Shown here in pieces: positions 26,994-32,700 of a stretch of DNA of 32,700 nt. The position numbers were made by a program, and so were the translations under genes. The DNA comes from Candidatus Poribacteria bacterium (GTDB lineage Bacteria > Poribacteria > WGA-4E > UBA9662). The notes beneath the pieces were generated by a model, which was not told where the DNA came from, did not search any database, and worked only from the letters and a program-made list of their open reading frames with translations. Every line of letters begins with the position of its first letter. The stretch's first letter is position 1. The stretch lies in the NCBI GenBank assembly GCA_046582655.1, contig JAYGDX010000358.1, positions 1 through 32,700 of the forward strand, in the 5' to 3' direction.

Positions 26994-29984
26994 CTACTCT
27001 AAAATGACAATGGCAGACTGCAGAGAATCAATGAGATAGAACTTACCTGTTTCGGGATAATAGCTGAATGCTTCAGCCGAAGTAGCTACCGGGATATTGC
27101 CTATAATAGCTTGGGTCGGCATTTCAATGGCACTGGCCGTACCGTCACGATCAACAACATAAACTACTTCACGACCATCCTGCGGGAAACGTACCGCAGC
27201 TACACCTATGGGTGATTTGGTAATTGGCAATCGATTCACTTCCGCCTGCTGTCGAATCCCAATGATTGACAGATCACCAGAGAATTGGCTGGTGACGTAA
27301 ACATAGCTACCTGAATCAGCCACCGCAATCGCGTCCGGTCGACTGAACACACTAACTTTCTTGATCTCTTTTTCGGTTACCAGATTGACTACAGAAACAG
27401 TTGCTTCTCCATAATTACAGACGTAAAGATATAAACCGTCAGGTGATACAACCATTGCGTTAGGTTGCTTTCCAACCCGAATACGATTTGTCCGCGCAGG
27501 AATTGATATATCAACAACAGCCACCCGATCTTCCCGCAACAGCGAAACGTAAAGTTTCGACATACCCATGACGCATTCCGACGGATAATCACCGATCCGA
27601 AACTCATGAACATCACGATTAACACCAGCATCAACTAACTTGATTCGGTCTATTGCCGAAGCAGCAACGTAGACTTCAGATCGTTTGGGGCTGGCAGCGA
27701 TACCAAGTGGTATACATGCCCGATCCCACTTGAGGGGAATGGTGGTGACGGCCCGTTCTGTGTTTAGATTAACCACTGTCACAGTGTCATCAGCTTGATT
27801 GGTAACATAGGCGCGACGATTGCTGTATGCTATTCGTTTGGGACTTGTCAGTAGCGCGACATCTCTGATCTGGCCTGTCTTTCTGGCCACTGGACTCAAA
27901 AACAACTCGGTCTCACCCCACCCTAAACCAGTTTTTATTGTACTTGCCCTACTGAAAAATCCAGGTGAAGAAACACTAATCCTGTAACGACCTTCCTGTA
28001 GATACGAAAAATCGAAACTGCCGTCTGGTTTCGATTGCTTGATTTCCGACCGGAACTCAACAGTTGCCTGACTGATAGGCTGTAACGTTTTAACATCACG
28101 AATGATTCCGTTGATCCGACCAGTTTTGGTCATTCGTACAGACAGCGTCTCGTCACCACCGTTACTACTAATACGGATTGGTGTCCTGTATTGTCGGGCA
28201 TCAAGTTGAACACGATCAACCGTCACAGTCATTTTAACGGTTTCGCCTTCTTTTAAGAACCCTTTCATCGGTGTCAGAGTTAACCAATCTGCTTCTATCT
28301 CCGCACTCCAATAGAGCAGTACTTCGCCACTATTTTGCAACATGAAGTTTTTGGGTTTTGCAGAAGTACCAAAATCGATCTCATCCGCCAATAGACTCAA
28401 AACCGGTTGAGGCACTTGCATAGTAACAGCTACGGTTTGACGGCCCACACCGGCTTCAACCTGAACACGGGTGGTGTGCGAACCAGGCGGCAAATCTCCA
28501 CGATCTACCAGCAGCCGAACTATGTCAATTTCTTTACCAGTCTCACCCGATTGGGGTTCTATAGTTAGCCAATTGGCTTCATTCGTAACTTGCCATCTTA
28601 ATATACCAGCACCGAAATTCTGGATTCGGAACGTCTTCTCAGATTCCTTGGAGTTGAAAACAACACTTGGCGTCGAAACAAAGAGTTGGGGACGCGCGAC
28701 AACCTCCAAACTAACCGTAATATCCACCTGACCAAAATCTTTGGCATCAACTCTCAACTTCGTCGAATGATCACCTTCCGGCAGGTGAGTTCGATCAACT
28801 GTAACAATAATACGGTCAGTTTCACCTTCGCTACTACCAGCTTTCGGCTCAAAAGTCAGCCAGTCTTCACCACCATAAATTTCCCATTCCACAACACCAG
28901 AGCCACTATTGCCAATAGTGAAGTTGCTGACGTTGAGGTTCAACCCCATGTTAATTGATCTATCTGAGATACTCAAAATCGGATTCACTGTCTTAATGGT
29001 GACGTAAACCCGCTTTTCACCATCATTTCCGCTGAAAACGAGGTTTTCGCTAATTCTTCCACTAAGAGGATATTTCCTCAGTTGATCCAAGACAATCTTT
29101 AGAATCAGGGTATCTGATTGCCCGGCAACCAAAACACCGTTCTGCGGACTAACCGTAAACCAATTCGCATGGCTTAATTTCCTAACCTGCCATTCAAGCG
29201 AACCCGTCCCACCATTTCGGATTTGAAATGTTCTGGGCTGGCGGGTCAGTGCAAAATCCAGAGTATTCGTACTTAGCGACAACCTAGGATGTGCAGGAAT
29301 AATCATTCTGACAGTAATAACAAAAGATTTGCCCCAGTCAGATACAACGGTGATCAATCCTTCCAATCGAGCAGGACTTTTTGGTCGTACGGACAAAAAG
29401 ATGATTGTCTGTTCTCCCTTGGCTTGCAGCTTTCCGCTATCTTGCTCAAAGGTCAGCCAATCCACGTCAGCTGAGATTGTCCAATTCAACTCGCCACCAC
29501 CATCATTTTTGATAGTCAATTGCTGCTCAAGCGAAGTTTCACCAAAATCTATAAGGTCAACCCCCACATTCAAGATCCCAATAACAAACACCGCTTGCAA
29601 CGTTGGTGATTTTTCGCCTTCGACCTCTTTCTGATCTTCTGCTAATCTCACTCCGGAGATTCGGTAAAAATAGGGTTGATCCACATCCAGCTCCGAATTG
29701 ACAAAGCTTAGACCTTGGGTACTACCAATACGTTGAAAGCCGTTTTCCAATTGCAATGAGCGGTAAACATAATAGTAATCCGTATGCTGGCTGGCTTCCC
29801 AAGTTAAGACAATCGCCTCCTGGGTAACTTCTGTTTGCAAATTCGTTGGAATTCCAGGAACAATTTGGGGTTCTGGCTCCGGTTCGTCTTCCCCGCATCC
29901 AAGCATTAAAACTAGCACCCAGCACAATAGAAACACAGTAGGGAAGTTAATATATTTCAGGAAAGATAATGTTGTTTTTTTCAA
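26994..29984 (-). CDS. Large lipoprotein: FN3 + 5 BACON-type Ig repeats + carboxypeptidase-regulatory-like domain + YVTN/YncE beta-propeller
   Basis: TTG at 29984 with GGGGAG upstream; lipobox MLG|C; FN3 'PTNL...LTW...YYVYRS...YFYRI'; five N.G.G.L.W...W(L/F)T repeats; 'RAYVTN', 'LYVCN' and 'YVYVTS' blades. The ORF-track start at 30080 overlaps the upstream gene and is unlikely. Confidence 0.85.
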   Translation of the reverse strand: MKKTTLSFLKYINFPTVFLLCWVLVLMLGCGEDEPEPEPQIVPGIPTNLQTEVTQEAIVLTWEASQHTDYYYVYRSLQLENGFQRIGSTQGLSFVNSELDVDQPYFYRISGVRLAEDQKEVEGEKSPTLQAVFVIGILNVGVDLIDFGETSLEQQLTIKNDGGGELNWTISADVDWLTFEQDSGKLQAKGEQTIIFLSVRPKSPARLEGLITVVSDWGKSFVITVRMIIPAHPRLSLSTNTLDFALTRQPRTFQIRNGGTGSLEWQVRKLSHANWFTVSPQNGVLVAGQSDTLILKIVLDQLRKYPLSGRISENLVFSGNDGEKRVYVTIKTVNPILSISDRSINMGLNLNVSNFTIGNSGSGVVEWEIYGGEDWLTFEPKAGSSEGETDRIIVTVDRTHLPEGDHSTKLRVDAKDFGQVDITVSLEVVARPQLFVSTPSVVFNSKESEKTFRIQNFGAGILRWQVTNEANWLTIEPQSGETGKEIDIVRLLVDRGDLPPGSHTTRVQVEAGVGRQTVAVTMQVPQPVLSLLADEIDFGTSAKPKNFMLQNSGEVLLYWSAEIEADWLTLTPMKGFLKEGETVKMTVTVDRVQLDARQYRTPIRISSNGGDETLSVRMTKTGRINGIIRDVKTLQPISQATVEFRSEIKQSKPDGSFDFSYLQEGRYRISVSSPGFFSRASTIKTGLGWGETELFLSPVARKTGQIRDVALLTSPKRIAYSNRRAYVTNQADDTVTVVNLNTERAVTTIPLKWDRACIPLGIAASPKRSEVYVAASAIDRIKLVDAGVNRDVHEFRIGDYPSECVMGMSKLYVSLLREDRVAVVDISIPARTNRIRVGKQPNAMVVSPDGLYLYVCNYGEATVSVVNLVTEKEIKKVSVFSRPDAIAVADSGSYVYVTSQFSGDLSIIGIRQQAEVNRLPITKSPIGVAAVRFPQDGREVVYVVDRDGTASAIEMPTQAIIGNIPVATSAEAFSYYPETGKFYLIDSLQSAIVILE

Positions 29985-30070
29985 TCTTGCTCCCCAATTC
30001 GACATCATCAGCCTAAAGACCAACGACTTCGAACAACCTACTGTTTTTGCCAATTGTGCTTTACTTACAC

Positions 30071-31123
30071 CTAAATCCAACCATGCCGTGTAGTAATAGG
30101 CGAGCCGGACGTTTGATTAGACCATCCCGCACCACTTTCAAGCATCACTTCCTGACCAATGATGGAGGATTGCTCAGCAGCGAATAGAATCTCCATTATG
30201 TGACGCCCCCACTCGCCATGCGTTGGCACCTCAATGTCCTTTTCGATGGCTTCGACGAACGCCTTCCACTCATTCTGGAATTCGGCAGCGGGATCTTCAA
30301 ACGGTATATCCTCCCATTTCTCACCTTTTCCGACTTTGACGAATTTCTCACCATGCTGGCTGAACCTGAGTGATCCATTGGCACAGATCACTTGGCATTC
30401 ATAATTGGGTCCGCCATCGGCATATCCAACGGCTACCGCTACTCCAGCCAAGCCATTCTTATACCGAATAAAGGCGGTAGCGGAATCATCTCCTGCCTGA
30501 TAGTGTGCTCGCGCACCGATGGAGGCGGAAACCGACACCGCCTGTGAAGCCATCACCCAAGTAAGACGATCCACCACATGAACACCATTGGTCAACCACA
30601 TACCTCCACCATGGTAGCGGCTACGATACTGTGGCCGACGCCCTTTATAACCCCAGTTCTTTGACATGTAGGACACTGCCGTAATGATAGGGCCTAACTC
30701 ACCCGAATCAAGAATTTCCTTTGCCTTCAGACTGGTGGCATAATAGTGCTGAGTATACCCGATCATCAACTTGACACCATTAGCGGCAGCAACAGCAATC
30801 ATATCATCACACTGTTCTAAGCTTATAGCCATTGGTTTCTCCACCAACACATGTTTACCGGCATTGCAGGAATCAACTGTCAGTTTATGATGAAGTTGGT
30901 GACCCAATGTAATGGCTACTGCATCAATTTCCTTGTCTTGAAGAAGTTCGATATGAGAAACGTACCCTTTAGATACATCATATCTTTCCATGAACTGTTG
31001 CCGCTTATCTTCAAACAGGTCAGCAACTGCAATTACCTCTACATTATCTATGGCTGCAATCGCATCGCCATGAGTATGGGCGATGCCACCTAAACCGATG
31101 ATACCAACTCGCAGTTTACTCAT
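30071..31123 (-). CDS. Gfo/Idh/MocA family oxidoreductase
   Basis: 'RVGIIGLGGIA', 'GKHVLVEKPMA' and 'GGGMWLTNGVHVVD'; SD AAGGAG upstream. Confidence 0.93.
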   Translation of the reverse strand: MSKLRVGIIGLGGIAHTHGDAIAAIDNVEVIAVADLFEDKRQQFMERYDVSKGYVSHIELLQDKEIDAVAITLGHQLHHKLTVDSCNAGKHVLVEKPMAISLEQCDDMIAVAAANGVKLMIGYTQHYYATSLKAKEILDSGELGPIITAVSYMSKNWGYKGRRPQYRSRYHGGGMWLTNGVHVVDRLTWVMASQAVSVSASIGARAHYQAGDDSATAFIRYKNGLAGVAVAVGYADGGPNYECQVICANGSLRFSQHGEKFVKVGKGEKWEDIPFEDPAAEFQNEWKAFVEAIEKDIEVPTHGEWGRHIMEILFAAEQSSIIGQEVMLESGAGWSNQTSGSPITTRHGWI

Positions 31124-31224
31124 TCATAATCTCCTTTTTCCCATTTAACCTGCACTCAAGTAATCAGGAAAATAGAATACCACATAATAGTATAATTAGA
31201 ATTTCTTCAAATAAGCATATTTTT

Positions 31225-31285
31225 TTATCAGTTATCTAGGACCTGTTTACATATTCGGTAGAGTTGCCATGTCGATAACTGATAA
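31225..31285. repeat. Perfect 12-bp inverted repeat with a 37-nt spacer
   Basis: TTATCAGTTATC (31225-31236) and GATAACTGATAA (31274-31285). Confidence 0.8.
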
Positions 31286-31630
31286 GAGTGAGAAAATTCT
31301 TTCAACACCAGGCATCAGGAATGAAAAGATCTCATCTCCAAACCTTCTAGCTGATAAGGCAACATATCGTATGCTTTAATCTGTTTTGGAGTTTTACACA
31401 GGTTCATTTCAAATCAGACGTTACTGAACAACTGCGCAGATTTCCTGATTGCTATATGATATTAAAATGGTAGGGCCTTATCTTCTATTCTAGCAGGAGG
31501 GGAAAAAAGAAAGGAATCTCTATACCAGACTTTTGGTTGGATGGAATGCAAATAAGAATGGAATATTACCACATGATACCCCATTCTGAAATCTTATAAA
31601 AGGTGTCTTTTGAACAATCAATACCTGGGA

Positions 31631-32380
31631 TTAATAATCTGTCTTAATGTTGCTCCAGACGGCAACCAATTTGTCACCAGCCTCTACTGCCAGTGGCTTC
31701 ATTAAAGCACCAATCTCCTTCTTCGTTAAAGGCACATCCAGATAGGCGACCTCATCGATAACTCCTTCGAAGTAATCTACCGCTGCGTCATTAGAGAAAC
31801 CAACCCAAACTCGTTTTTGCCAATCAAAATCAGAATGATCATAGGCATGGGTTCCAACCTTATCCCCATCAACATAGGCGGTCTGCCCTTTCTTGTCTTG
31901 CACAACCAAAGCAATATGATGCCATTTCCCATCAGCCACGTTTTTATTTGTAGGCCAACCAGGACCTTGCCAAGTCCTGAAACTGATTTTACCGCCGCTC
32001 AAAAAGAAATGCCGATCATGTCCACCAGCGCCAGCAGCACCATCCAGAACAGAATAAATCCCTACATTGCCCTCACTGGTTTTTATCCATAACGCCATGG
32101 TGAAATTAAATTCTGGAACATCGATGATGGTTTCGATGTAGGAATTTCCATTGCCAAACCCGATGCCTGATCCAAACTTACCTTTCTTCTCACGTTTTGC
32201 ACCGTTCATCAGCTCGCCATGATTGCTCTCTCCACTGATATCCTTAACTTCATCCCCTTTCCCTTTGTCAAAGGAATAGTGAATCACGAAGTTTTTATCA
32301 AATTTGTTAGCTGCACTACCGACCGTTCCAAGGGCAACAACCAAACTCATTATCCATAAAGCCAATGCTAAAGTTCTCAT
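31631..32380 (-). CDS. Secreted LamG-like jellyroll (concanavalin A-like) protein with a conserved C-terminal tail
   Basis: Signal peptide; 'YSFDKGKG..VKD.SG..NHG', 'FTMALWIK', 'DGKWHHIALV', 'YVDG' and 'FEGVIDEV'; ends LAVEAGDKLVAVWSNIKTDY. Confidence 0.9.
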   Translation of the reverse strand: MRTLALALWIMSLVVALGTVGSAANKFDKNFVIHYSFDKGKGDEVKDISGESNHGELMNGAKREKKGKFGSGIGFGNGNSYIETIIDVPEFNFTMALWIKTSEGNVGIYSVLDGAAGAGGHDRHFFLSGGKISFRTWQGPGWPTNKNVADGKWHHIALVVQDKKGQTAYVDGDKVGTHAYDHSDFDWQKRVWVGFSNDAAVDYFEGVIDEVAYLDVPLTKKEIGALMKPLAVEAGDKLVAVWSNIKTDY

Positions 32381-32452
32381 TTATCCTTAATGCCTCCGCT
32401 ATCTAGAGAATCGCAGAATATTGTTCAAACTTCAAGTTGCTAAAACAAAAAC

Positions 32453-32604
32453 GGTGTAGAAACGCATAACATAACCGGCTATAAACAACGCCGCTACCAT
32501 CCTGAAAAGCAATAGTAAAGAGTCTTTTTTCGTAATAAGATCTTTAGATCACTTGTGGCCCCGATCACATACATGAAAGCCACAGGATGTTACGCTTCTA
32601 CACC
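32453..32604. repeat. Long imperfect inverted repeat enclosing nested hairpins (structured intergenic element)
   Basis: GGTGTAGAAACGCATAACAT (32453-32472) pairs with ATGTTACGCTTCTACACC (32587-32604): 18 bp in the minus-strand RNA, including one G-U, with a 2-nt bulge. A/T runs flank both sides. Confidence 0.75.
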
Positions 32605-32617
32605 ACTTTTTAATCTT

Positions 32618-32700
32618 TTAATGACTGGTCTTAATGTCGCTCCAAGTACTGGCTAATTTGCCTTTAGGTTCTACAGAAACCATTAATTTCATCTTAACTT
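32618..32700 (-). CDS. C-terminal end of a protein carrying the same tail as the LamG protein (probably a paralog); truncated by the right edge
   Basis: Manual translation: ...VKMKLMVSVEPKGKLASTWSDIKTSH*, with the stop at 32618-32620. Confidence 0.8.
   Translation of the reverse strand, partial: VKMKLMVSVEPKGKLASTWSDIKTSH

Noticed and set aside
29985..30080. N-terminal extension of the lipoprotein ORF
   Set aside because: It overlaps the upstream gene and would give an overlong signal peptide; TTG 29984 has an SD.
31295..31410. Minus-strand fragments 'KQIKAYDML' and 'ARRFGDEIFSFLMPG' resembling a decayed GGDEF motif
   Set aside because: They are short, need a frameshift and lack the GG[DE]EF signature; they cannot be separated from chance without a translated search.
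609..32092. Numerous 60-139 aa ORFs nested in or antisense to long genes
   Set aside because: They have no recognisable motifs and overlap well-supported CDS.
1..32700. CRISPR arrays, tRNA/rRNA, transposases, integrases, defence systems
   Set aside because: I saw no regularly spaced direct repeats, RNA-gene signatures or such protein motifs by eye; short ncRNAs could have been missed.

Overview
Gene-dense bacterial chromosomal window with 19 complete CDS (one a pseudogene-like remnant) and two edge-truncated CDS. I saw no rRNA, tRNA, CRISPR array, transposase or integrase. Two proteins ending in a (A/S)VExxxKLxxxWSxIK tail (one a LamG protein), two Gfo/Idh/MocA oxidoreductases and a FlgD/T9SS-like C-terminal domain suggest Candidatus Poribacteria or a related diderm lineage; this is an inference from recalled gene-content patterns, not a search. 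Content in order: degP-like protease (5' part); DUF502; pduO, SDR and a giant 1997-aa C25 (gingipain/PorU-like) peptidase; membrane-anchored multiheme cytochrome c-TPR; Gfo/Idh/MocA; a Zn-ribbon K+ channel coupled to a stand-alone cNMP-binding protein; a beta-helix/TPR giant plus a TonB-anchor-like VWA protein; a heterodimeric ABC exporter, mini-comM and histidine phosphatase; sppA; an FN3/5xBACON/beta-propeller lipoprotein; Gfo/Idh/MocA; a LamG protein and the tail of a probable paralog. Most notable: (1) a candidate C-terminal protein-sorting system (shared W-x-x-I-K tail, with a PorU-like C25 enzyme in the same window), (2) an in-frame internally deleted comM, (3) the split K+ channel/cNMP module, (4) the TonB-like VWA plus TPR pair, and (5) a ~150-nt nested inverted-repeat element between the last two genes.
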